From NCBI GenBank assembly GCA_013265495.1, contig MU058839.1:186001-250000 (forward strand): 64,000 nucleotides of DNA, written 5' to 3'. The stretch is from Vicugna vicugna. Lineage: Eukaryota. Positions 53,400-64,000 of the stretch are shown one piece after another (position 1 is the first letter of the stretch; every line of letters begins with the position of its first letter). A program made the position numbers and the translations under genes. The notes beneath the pieces are model-generated. The model worked only from the letters and a program-made list of their open reading frames with translations. It made no database searches and was not told the origin of the DNA.

Positions 53400-53950
53400 T
53401 TCAGCATTACTTACATAGTAAAAACAGTTGGTCTTCTCTAGTATATACCAACAATTTAGAACTTGAGTAAGTTTTTCCTGGCTTAATTTCAAGAAACGTT
53501 TATATTTTATTATCGTGGAGTAAAGGAAATTTGCAATTTTAGCCTATTTTCCTTTGATTTAGTTTCATTTAATGAAGTGTAGTTATTAAAAACTTACATG
53601 TCAAAGGGCTTTAAAAGCTTTGTTATTAATTTCTAATTGTATTGTCTTATGTTTAGAAAGTGCTAAAGTGCATTATTTTTATTCTTTACTGAGATGTGTG
53701 TATGTGGCCTAAATATGGTCAATTTTCATGAATATTCCCTGTGTACCTGAAAATAGATATATTCTCTACTATTCGGGTACACAATTTAATATATCTATAA
53801 GGGCTATCTTATTGGTTGTGTTTTTAGCTCTTCTATAGTCCTATTATAATTTTGCCCATTTTATCTGTGTTGGATTGAGAGAGGTATATTAAAGTGTTCT
53901 ACTTTTAGTGTGTTTCTACCTATTCCTTCCTGCATTTCCTGTAGTTATTA
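53400..53950 (-). mobile_element. Old L1M ORF2 fragment
   Basis: 'gtggcctaaatatggtcaattttcatgaatattccctgtgtacctgaaaa' is homologous to 63350-63410. Confidence 0.7.
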
Positions 53951-53973
53951 AATTTTAAAAATCAAAACAGGTC

Positions 53974-54415
53974 TACAATGGAATACTTTTCAGCCATAAA
54001 TACATACATACATAACGCCATTTGCAGCAACATGGATGTTACTGGAGAATGTAATTCTAAGTGAAGTAAGCCAGAAAGAGAAAGAAAAATACCATATGAG
54101 AACACTCATATGCAAATCTAAAAAAATAAATAAATAAATACAAAACAGAAACAGACTCATAGACATAGAATACAAAATTGTGGTTGCTGGGGAACCAGGG
54201 GTGGGAAGGAACTGGGATTTCAAAATGTAGAATAGATAAACAACATTGTACTGTGTAGCACAGGGAAATATATACAGGATCTTGTGGTGGCTCACAGCGA
54301 AAGAGAATGTGACAATGAATGTATGTATGTTTATATATAACTGAAAAATTGTGCTCTACACTGGAATTTGACACAACATTGTAAAATGACTATAACTCAA
54401 TTAATCAAAGTTAAA
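53974..54415 (+). mobile_element. Young 5'-truncated L1 with perfect 17-bp TSD
   Basis: TSD aaaaatcaaaacaggtc at 53957-53973 and 54416-54432; tttt/aaaa target site. Confidence 0.95.
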
Positions 54416-56444
54416 AAAAATCAAAACAGGTCAAAACAAGCACGAAGGGGTAAATCTGGAGGGGACAAAAGTCATAGAAAGACTTAGGAGATGTGAGTAG
54501 ACAGGTGTTGAGGCTCTTCCTTTCTTTGTCTAGGAATGGACAGGCCCAGGAGAAAGCTAGATTTGGACTGAATTTCTATGTAAAAACTTCATATATTTTG
54601 TTTCATCAATTAAATCATTCCTTCCCCACCTAGGGCCCACCAGAGTGACTGTGCAGGAGTTGCTGGCTCAAATACAGAACCAATTACCCTATTATCCACA
54701 CCCAGAGCACAGTATAACTCCAGCCTCTGCTCCTTTCCAAAATCAGATCATTAGTCTCTACAAACCAAAAACAAGATGGAAGGTGTCTTCTTTTCCAGAA
54801 ACCTTCCAGTAGACAAGCTATTCCATACAACTAACATATTGTGAGCCTTTAATAAAAAATGCTTTAAAATAAGGGCCATGTGAGAAATGAAGTTAACTTG
54901 GCAAGTAGTCAAAATGTAAAATTGCAAATGAGTTAATGACATTTCATAATTTTAAACTTTGCCTAATTGAAAAATAATTGAAATTTATCACTATCTCATA
55001 CATGAAAAGTTTAAGAAAAGAAAAATAATGTGCAGATGTCAGCATCTGAACAGTTTTTAGCTGATAACATAATTCCTTTGTTATACTTGGCATGCTTGAG
55101 TCTCACTCAGATATGTGCTATGGTTTTCACAAGAGGGTTTTAAGATATTAATCACTCATTCTAGAAACAAATTTATCCTCATCTGATGCTGATTGTTATT
55201 ATACAACTATTAAGATAAAAATGCATCAAATATCAAAAATCAGTTAAGCTACAGAAAATATCATGAATGATCCAAAACGACTGTATGCCATCTAGACTAA
55301 GAACAAATTTCTACTTTATTTTATGGATATATCTTTTCTAATTAATTTAACTTGGTAACACAACATTTTTGCACCTGTCTATTGCATTTCATAATATACA
55401 GATAAATTTGTAAGGCTATTATCTGTCAGTTTCTTACATGCTTTTCTCCATATGGCAACAAATTGAAAGTGCTGTGCTTGTCAGAAGCTAGCTGTGGTGT
55501 GTATTGAGAACTATATATAGAGGTGGCCCTCAAAAAACTTAGAAATGAAAGAAATAGATTGCTTTATGAGACAAACTGTAAAATGAGCATAATTACCATA
55601 TCTTTGATGGACATATTTTTCTGCAAAAGAGATAAATTTCTAGGACTTCAAAACTGTAAAGTATGGATGATGTTTATATACATACCTGTCAGACTAGCCA
55701 GCGAAACCCAGAAAAGGAGCATCATGGAGGGTAGTTTGTGGTCCTTCCCAGGACACAGAAAGGAGCGCTATCAAAGGTAACATTGGCATCTCAACAGGTT
55801 CTTGATGAGAGAGAGTCTTAGGTATCATGTTTTGAGTGTTTTGGTCTCTGGGGCAAGATTATGTCCATGGAGATTTGGACACATCAGCCCTGATAGTATC
55901 AAACATTTGATTTATCTAATGCCTGTTGTTAAATTTTTTATGTTCAGATAAACTTTTAATCACATGACCTTGATTGTAAAAAGGGAAAAACTCTTCATTC
56001 TGACTGTGGGTCTTCTAGTTCCTATGACAGTTACTTTTCATTTTAAGTTTATCAATTAACATTCTGATGTCTCTTGTAATCTCCTGGGCAGTTTATGTTT
56101 AATCAGTGTCACAGAACTTCTAGACATTGACTATTATCAGTGGCCTCTCCCTGAACCCCCTTCCAAATGCTGATCTATCTGGGGATTTCTATACTTGATC
56201 CTAAACTAAGTCACTGCATCTACAATATTAGAAGCTTAATCAAGGTCTATAAGTAAACAAAATGAGAAACCACAGTTTATTAAGAAAAAAAGAATTGGGG
56301 ATGGTTGACATAAGCTGGATTTCAGCATCCACCACTGTGTAGACAGCCCTCCCAGTCAACTGAAACCTACAAATGAGCATCTTTTCAGAGCCTGGGACAG
56401 AGGTGAACGTGGTTCAAGCATAACTCTTGATTTTATGGTGAACA

Positions 56445-56500
56445 ATATGTGTGTGTGTGCGCGCGCGCATGTCTGTCTGTGTGTGTGTGTGCGAGAGAGT
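56445..56500. repeat. Compound (TG)n(GC)n microsatellite
   Basis: 'atatgtgtgtgtgtgcgcgcgcgcatgtctgtctgtgtgtgtgtgtgcgagagag'. Confidence 0.9.
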
Positions 56501-57149
56501 CTGTAAATAGATTTTCCCGATGTCTGATCTAGATATGAAACTAATGCCAGCCCCAAATTGTCACTGTGGTGGCCAATATGATAGTGATCATGCAACTAGA
56601 AAAGGGGGAGCAGAGTCAGTGTACATCCCTATGTAGCTGTATATCATATATCATATATCCTGGACCTGATCTAATAGGGTATCCTGATGTCTGCATACGT
56701 CCCTTGCCTCCTTTATGCCGTCTTTCCAATCTCCCAGACCTTGAAGAAGACTGTGTTTCAATTTCAAACTGTCCATGAACAGAAATTTTCTCAGACATGG
56801 GTTTTGCCACAAACCAGATAACAATCTGACATTAATGAAGTGCTTGGCTTATGACTGACCTTGCTACCAAGAACTAAGGGGATGGATTTGGGTAGAAGGG
56901 CACTTTTGAACAAAAAGGAGGCACTGTCTCCAAAATAGGAAAAATGTTCTAGAAGGACAAAACAAGAAATGTTTTAATTTGAATTTCTCTAATATATATG
57001 ACATCTCTAATAAATAAATAGTGAAATTGAACAGCTTTTCATATATTTAAGGTCAATTTTTATATCTTTTTTGTGAGTTGCCTGTTTCTGTCTTTCTCTT
57101 ATTTTTCTAATGATTTTTGATCCTCTCCCCCTCTATTTTTTTTAATCTT

Positions 57150-57722
57150 ATTTAATTTTTAAAATAGACCTTGCTTTAGAACAATTTTAGTACTAGTCAG
57201 GTATTCCATAGGATGTCCCTATGGAATAGGGACACTATTGGTGTTTGTCTTATGTTTTTCTCATGATAAATCTGGGGTCATGGGATTTGGGGGAAGGAAG
57301 ACCACTCAGGTCAAGTGTTGTTTTCATCATGTCGCATCAAGAGTATGTACTATCATCAGCTAGTTTATGAATATTGATGTTGACCTTGATCACCTGGCTG
57401 AGGTGGAATATGTCAGGTTTCTTCCTTGTAAAATCACTCTTTTCCCCCCACATTCCATACAGTCCCCTTTAGGAGAAGGCCACTGTGCCCTGCCTGCCCC
57501 TCAGGAGTGGGGAGTTATGTTCCCCTTCCTTGATGTTGGAGTAGCTACACAAATTATATGAAATTATTCTGCACAGATTTGTCTCTTCTCTCCCATTTAT
57601 TACTTTGTTTATTTAATCACTTATTTATATCAGTATGGACTCATAGATGTTTATTTTATATTCTAGGCTGTAATCTAATACTACTTTATTTTATTGCTCA
57701 ACTTGTTCTATCTTAGGCCAGT
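57150..57722 (-). mobile_element. L1MC-type 3' end
   Basis: 'gttgaccttgatcacctggctgagg', 'atttatatcagtatggactcatagatg'; homologous to 16290-16905. Confidence 0.8.
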
Positions 57723-58635
57723 GAAGCCATCTGGGCATGGAGATTTTTCTTTTGGAAAGTTTTAAACTACTAATTCAACTTCTTTAATAGTTATAGGACT
57801 ACTCATTATATATTTTATCTTCTGGTGTTAAGGAATTTGTCCATTTGTCAAGTTATTGAATTTATGTATGTAGACAGATTTTTTTTTTAGTGTCCCTTTA
57901 TTATCCTTTTAATTTCTGCAGAGTCTGTAAATATCCTCTCTTGAATTCCTGATGTTGGTAATTGGTGTTTTCTATTTTTATTTGTCAGACCTGCTAGTTG
58001 TATCAATTTTATTAATGTCTTCAAAGAAATAGGTTTTAATTGATTTTTCTCTATTGCTTTTATGCTTTTAATCTCATTACTTTCTGGTCTTAACTTTATA
58101 TTTCTTAATGCTTGCATTGGATTATTTTCATTTTCTAGTTTCTTGAAGTGGAAGCTTTATTTCTTTGAAATTTCTTTTCATATACTATAAATATTTAATA
58201 CTATAAATTTCCCTCTAACCACTGCTTTAGCGGCATTGCACAGATTTTGCTAAGTTGTGTTTCATTTTTATTTAGTTCAACATTTTTTAGCCCTCTTGAG
58301 AGTTGTCCTTTGACTAATGAATTTAGAAGTGTATTTTAAATTCCAAGAGTTTAAAGATTTTTCTGTCATTTTTCTTTTATTGATTTCTAGTTTAATCCAT
58401 TATAGCCAGAATATATTTTGCATGACTTCAATTCTTCCACAGTTGTTAAAGTTTTTTTATAACATAAAATATGATCTCTCTTGGTAAATGTTTGTGCACT
58501 TCAAAAGAATGTGTATTCTACTGTTATGGATGGAATGCTTTATAAATGTTAATTAGATTCAGTCAGTTGATGGGATGCAGTTTTTCTGTCCTTGCTGACT
58601 TTCTCTTTATGAGGTCTGTTTTACTAAGAGGAGAG
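57722..58635 (-). mobile_element. Old L1M ORF2 fragment
   Basis: 'ctataaatttccctctaaccactgctttagc'; decayed peptide TDSAEIKRIIK. Confidence 0.8.
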
Positions 58636-58639
58636 TTTT

Positions 58640-59060
58640 GACATATTGCCTCCTTTCTTAGTAACAGAACTTCCAAATTATAGCTGGACATTTTACTGCC
58701 TAGTTAGAGGTCACATTCTCTAGCTTCTTTGCAGCTGAGTGTGAACTTGTGATTATGTTCTGGCAATGGGATGCAAGCTGAAGTGTTGGATGTCACTTCC
58801 TAGTTATACCTGAAGACAATGCAATACCTTACTCTTATCCTTCCCCTCTCTATTTCTCTGGGAAATGGGAAGAGCTAGAGCAGAACTGTCTTCATCCCAC
58901 AGATGGAAACCACATGTTGAGGATGACACAACAGCCTTGTACTGCCCAACTCTGGACTAGTATGTTGAGAAAAAAATATGCTTTTATCTAGTTTTAAGCT
59001 ACTGTGTTTTGAGGGTTTTTTTTTTTTGCTGCTATTTAGCTTACATACTACTAGATACCA
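58640..59060 (+). mobile_element. Old MaLR LTR (MLT1I/J-like)
   Basis: 'tagcttctttgcagctgagtgtgaacttgtgattatgttctggcaatgggatg'. Confidence 0.6.
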
Positions 59061-59521
59061 AAATTAATTAGATGTATATATTTCTTTATGTATAAAAGCC
59101 AAAAATACAACTTTCTGTGAAAAGAAGTTGTTGAATGGTTTATATAAGTGTGAGAGTGTGAAAAAGAAAATTACATATTTATATATAAATAAAATTATAA
59201 AATGTGCACACAGGAATGATACATTCAGGTTAGGAGATATATGTAGGCAAATGGGGAAGGAAATGAGATTAAGAAAACTGCATTCAAGGGATTTTGTTAT
59301 ATTTTATTTATTTTTTAAAGTACTGAAGTAAATATTGCAGATTTTATAATTTGGCAAAAGTGGGTGGTGAACATGTATATTCATGACAAATTTCCCAAGG
59401 TTTTTATAAATGTTTGAAATAGTTCACAACCAAAAAATAATTAAAAATAAAAGCCTTCATGGCGAAGGTGGTATTTCCCTTGAAGGATGTATAGGATTTA
59501 CACAGTCATATTTTATCTGTC

Positions 59522-60008
59522 TGTATTAGTTTCCTATTGTTGCTATAACAAATTACCACAAAATTAGTGGCCTAAAACAGCACAGATTAGTATCTTACAG
59601 TTTTGATGTTCAGAAATAGGTCTCACTGGGCTAAAATGAAGATGTCAGCAGGGCTGTGTTTTTCTGGAGGCTCTAGGGAAGAATCCATTTTCTTAATCTT
59701 TTCCATCTTCTCGAGACGGCCCAACACTGTCTCAAGGTCACCTTCAATCTTTAAAGCCAGCAGTGGTGGTTCATGTGTTTCTCAAGATGCCTTCTCTCTC
59801 TTTCTGATTCTTTGGCTCCCTTCTTCATTTAATACTGTGTGATTACATTGGACCACCTGGCATAACTTCTTCATCTTAACATCAGCTTATTAGCGATCTT
59901 AATTTCATCTGCAACCCCAATTCCTCCTTGCAATTTAGCAGAATATATTCACAGGCTCTGGTGGTTAGGATATGGACATCTTTGGGAAGCTTTATTGTGC
60001 CTACCACA
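59522..60008 (-). mobile_element. MaLR solo LTR (MLT1D-like)
   Basis: 'tgtattagtttcctattgttgctataacaaattaccaca...ttattgtgcctaccaca'. Confidence 0.85.
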
Positions 60009-60014
60009 GAGGTC

Positions 60015-60470
60015 ATCAGTATTCTTTGTTTACAAGCAATAGAAATTGTCTCTAACTTAAACAGATAGAGAATTTATTAGGTGGATAAAGGTTTGGCTCA
60101 TAGAATTACGGAGAAGCTGAATAATTTTGTGTTGGAATGAATATGAAACAGAGCAGCTCCTGATATCTAGAAAGTAGAGGATGATTGACAATCTTTTTAA
60201 TAGAGACTACTATCTTGATGAAAATCTCAAACTATGTTTTATTCTTATGCTGTTCAAGACTGAAATTCCAGGGAGAGAGATTCTGACTGGCTTGCCTTAA
60301 GTAATGTATCCATTCCTTAGGCAGAGTTAGGATGAACACCTTAATTGATGGACCCACAAAGATTGTATGCAGTAAGAGGAGGTTCTTCCCCAATGGAAAA
60401 TCTCGATATAATTACCAGAAGAAGGAGAAATGTATGTTAGGCAGACAAAATAAGAGATGCCTACTGTAGT
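60015..60470 (-). mobile_element. Old MaLR LTR (MLT1K/L-like)
   Basis: 'tttacaagcaatagaaa', 'ttccagggagagagattctgactggc', 'ttaccagaagaagg'. Confidence 0.55.
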
Positions 60471-62196
60471 AGGGAAAGGTATTCTGAGTAATAACAGCAG
60501 TGTCAGTTAGGTTGTAGTGGACTCATAATAAATTGTGTATTTTATGAATAAGTTTAATTTGGCTAGCATGGAGCATGTAAATAGCCCTCCTAGGATAACA
60601 ACAGGAAACTAGGCTCAGCTGTGCAGAACTGTTAGTGTGCAGGTGAAAGATTTTACCCAGTGTCACAGGCACAGGCAGCTATCAGATGTTTTAGGATTGA
60701 GCAATACTAATAGCAACTGTAGTTAAGGAAGCTCAGGTCAATGGCTTTGGGAGCAAATTGAATAGGAAGTTAGATTCAAAATACAGTTATGCCACTAATA
60801 GCTAAGAACAAATCTTACCTAGTCATTTCCATTCTCTCTTGCATTAGAAAGTAAACTTGTAGTTAGTGAAAGATGAGCCTGATTTCCTAGAGATCAATGA
60901 TTTCTTCAGATCTTTGGGGAAGGAGGCAAGATTCATGATTTTCTATAAAGACATGTCTAAAAACTCCTTCACAGAGACTCAGCGTAACCTCCCATAATGA
61001 CAACCACAGAAGCAAGGATACACAAAACCTTCTTTATCCTACTCCATTTATTTTTGTCTTTCAGACCCCATAGTTATCTATCTACCTCATTGTTCTTTCT
61101 ATCCAGCAGCTGTTTTTTTTCCCAGGTATTCAATAAAGGAGTTTATACATTCATCCTAGCTACATCCTTAACTAGGCTCTGTGCCATATAAAATTGCTAG
61201 ATGATTTTCAAAGAGACTAATTTTAAAAGTCACACATTTGAAGGTTGATGTTGAAGCCTCACAAAGAGAAATTACTAAAGGAAGTAATTTGATTCTCAAA
61301 TATTTGCAACTTGCATACACGACAAAGATAAAAAGAATTCCTGGTCAGAGCTACTACTTCTCAGGAATCCTGGAAGCAATATGAAACTCAAGCTGTGAAT
61401 CTGAAAAGGAATGTAAAGTATTAACAAGTACTCTCAATGTACCATCATCATTGCCTAGAAATATTTTCCCCTTGCTTCTGAAACATCATCCATTTTTATC
61501 TGGATTATAACAGCTCCTCTTCTGTCTCCCTTGTTTTGCTGGCCAGTGGAATAGATGAGTCATTACACCATCTGGGCTAGAGGAAAGGGAGATGTATGGC
61601 TGAATAAAGCTGAATATTATCTGCATAATGATGGCCTTGCAGTCCAAAATATCTGTTTCTCGGTGTCCTCATCTACACTTAGTCTCTCTCCAAAACAAAA
61701 TTAGAGGGTATTCTACAAAAGCAATTTCTGGCTACTTATTCCCACCTCTATGTCAACATTACCAAACTTTTGGCACCATAAACTCAAGGCAGCATTGACT
61801 TTTCAAAGGTTAGGTAATGGCTGAAAAGGGTGGATTAAATTAATTTAGCAAAATACATAGCACCACATTTTTGAGGTGCTATTCAAAATTCTAAATGACA
61901 CCACTCCTCAAGAACAAAGTCAGCATTTGAAGAGGTAAATGTCAGTCTTTGCTTAGAGGTAGAATTAGGGTTTTCCAAATGCTGCAGGTTTTCATTTCAT
62001 TGCATGTGTGTGTGTGTGCGCACACGTGTACATTTATGTATGCTTTGCTAAGTGACAGGATACAGTGGAGAAAAAGAAAAGACATATATCTTGCCTTCAC
62101 AGAGTTTATGGATGAGCATGTCAAACATATAGACTACATGTGGAATATATATGTACTTCTAGAAATATAAGACCTGTATTTAAAGCACAGGTAATC

Positions 62197-63035
62197 ATTA
62201 CTCAGCCATAAAAAAGAATAAAATAATGCCATTTGCAACAACATGGATGGATCTGGAGATCACATCTTTATCCATTCATCTGTTGATGGACACTTAGGTT
62301 CTGTCCATATCTTGGCAATTGTAAATAATGCTGCTCTGAACATTGGGGTTCATGTATTTTTTTCAAGTTAGTATATTTATTTTCTTTGGCTATATATCCA
62401 GCAGTGGACTTGCTGGATCATATGGTAGTTCTAGTTTTAGTTTTTTGAGTAACATCCATATTGTTTTCCACAGTGACTGCACCAATTTACATTCCCACTA
62501 ACAGTATACTGGGTTCACTTTAATCCACATCCTCACCAACATTTGTTATTTGTAGTCTTTTTGATGATAGCCATACTGACAGGTGTGGTTTAATATCTCA
62601 GTGTGGTTTTGTTTTGCATTTCTCTGATGATTAGTTATGTTGAGTATCTTTTCATGTGCTTGTTGGCCATCTGTATGTGTCCTTTGGAAAAATATCTATT
62701 CTTGTCTTCTGCCCATTTTTCAATTGGGTTGCTTGTTTTTTTTTAATATTGAGTTATACAAGCTGTTTATATATTTAGATATAATATCATATCATTTGCA
62801 AATATTTTCTTCCATACAGTAGGTTAGCTTTTCATTTTGTCAGTGGTTTGTTTGTTTTTGCTTTTGTTTCCTTTGCCTCAGGAGACTGACCCCCCAAAAT
62901 ATTATGATGATCTATGTCAAAGAGTGTTCAGCCTATGTTTTCTTCTAGGAGTTTTATGATCTACGGTCTTACATTTAGATCTTTAATCCATACTGAGTTT
63001 ATTTTGGATATGGTGTGAGAAAATGATGTAACCTC
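62197..63035 (-). mobile_element. L1 ORF2 C-terminal fragment with an inverted 64-bp tip
   Basis: 62261-63035 is antisense L1; 62197-62260 is the neighbouring L1 segment in sense orientation. Confidence 0.85.
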
Positions 63036-63039
63036 ATTC

Positions 63040-63094
63040 TTTTTCTTTTAATGGAGATACTGGGGATTGAACCCAGGACCACATGCATGATAAG
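63040..63094 (-). mobile_element. Truncated tRNA-Ala-derived SINE
   Basis: 'aatggagatactggggattgaacccaggaccacatgcatgataag' is the reverse complement of the SINE B-box half. Confidence 0.8.
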
Positions 63095-63129
63095 ATGTTG
63101 TGTCGTGTAGATTTTGGAAAACTGGAAAA

Positions 63130-64000
63130 CAAATTTTCATTTGTCTCTTCGTATTTTCTGATATTTTCTTTGATTTCTTCATTGACCCATTTGTTCTTTA
63201 GTAATATGTTGTTTAGTCTCCACATTTGTGTTTTTCCCATTTTTCTCCCAGTAGTTGAATTCCAGTTTCATATTGTTATGGTGGGATAAAAGGCTTGATT
63301 TTGATATTGCTATAATTTTTATCCTCTAAAATTTATTAAGACTTGTTTTGTGGCCTAGCCTAATATATCTATCCTGGAGAACATTCCATGTGTATTTGAA
63401 AAAAAATTAAATTCTGCTGTTTTGGGATGGAATGTCCTGTAGATATCTATTAAGTTCATCTGTTCTGTTGTGTCATTTAAGGCCACTATTTCCTTATTGA
63501 TTTTTCTATCTGGAGAATTGGTCCATTGATGTAAGTGAGGTGTCAAAGTCCTCTACTATTATTATATTATTGGCAGTTTCTCCCTTTATGTCCATTAATA
63601 TTTGCTTTATATATTTAGGTGCTCCTGTATTAGGTTCATATACACTAATCAGTTTTATGTCCTCTTATTGTACTGAGCCCTTTTATTTATATAATGCCCT
63701 TCTCTGTCTTTCATTATAGACTTTCTTTTAAAGTCTATTTTGTCTCATATGTGTATTGCTACCCCTGCTTTCTTGTCATATTCTTTCACATGAAATATCT
63801 CTTTCCATCTCCTCACTTTTAATCTGTGTGCATCTTTAGCTGTAACTTGAACCCATCATAAGCAACATATAGATGGGTTTGTTTCTTTATCCAATCAGCC
63901 ACCATATGTCCTTTGACTAGAGTTTTAGTCCGTTGATATTTATAGTGATTATTGATAGCTATGTACTTATTGCCTTTTTTTTACTTGTTTTCTGGTAATT
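63130..64000 (-). mobile_element. L1 ORF2 endonuclease-domain remnant (frameshifted), running off the window
   Basis: Peptides RKINKEIVALNDTTEQMNLIDIYRTFHPKTAEFNFFSNTHGMFSRID and WRLNNILLKNKWVNEEIK. Confidence 0.92.

Noticed and set aside
47813..54374. Two similar ORFs starting MSNSSV (47813 +, 54374 -) as paralogous genes
   Set aside because: Both are antisense readings of the same L1 3' UTR family
63355..63546. Functional endonuclease CDS
   Set aside because: Frameshifted L1 ORF2 remnant

Overview
This is AT-rich, CpG-depleted mammalian non-coding DNA, most likely from a camelid (alpaca, llama or camel). It carries tRNA-Ala-derived SINEs resembling the camelid vic-1 family and cetartiodactyl-type L1 3' ends, and I saw no Alu, BovB, Bov-tA or PRE elements. 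A large share of the window is interspersed repeat: young and old L1, MaLR/ERV solo LTRs, L2, MIR and a Tigger5-type DNA transposon. There is one 255-N assembly gap. I recognise no host protein-coding exon, CpG island or RNA gene. The short ORFs are chance frames or L1 ORF2 remnants. The best observations are mechanistic footprints (nested insertions with intact TSDs, a poly(A)-only insertion, a template-switch double hairpin, rearranged or chimeric L1s), plus unverified candidate exons and regulatory motifs. I did not find a convincing novel biological system. Subfamily names come from recalled consensus sequences, not from a search, and boundaries without TSDs are approximate.
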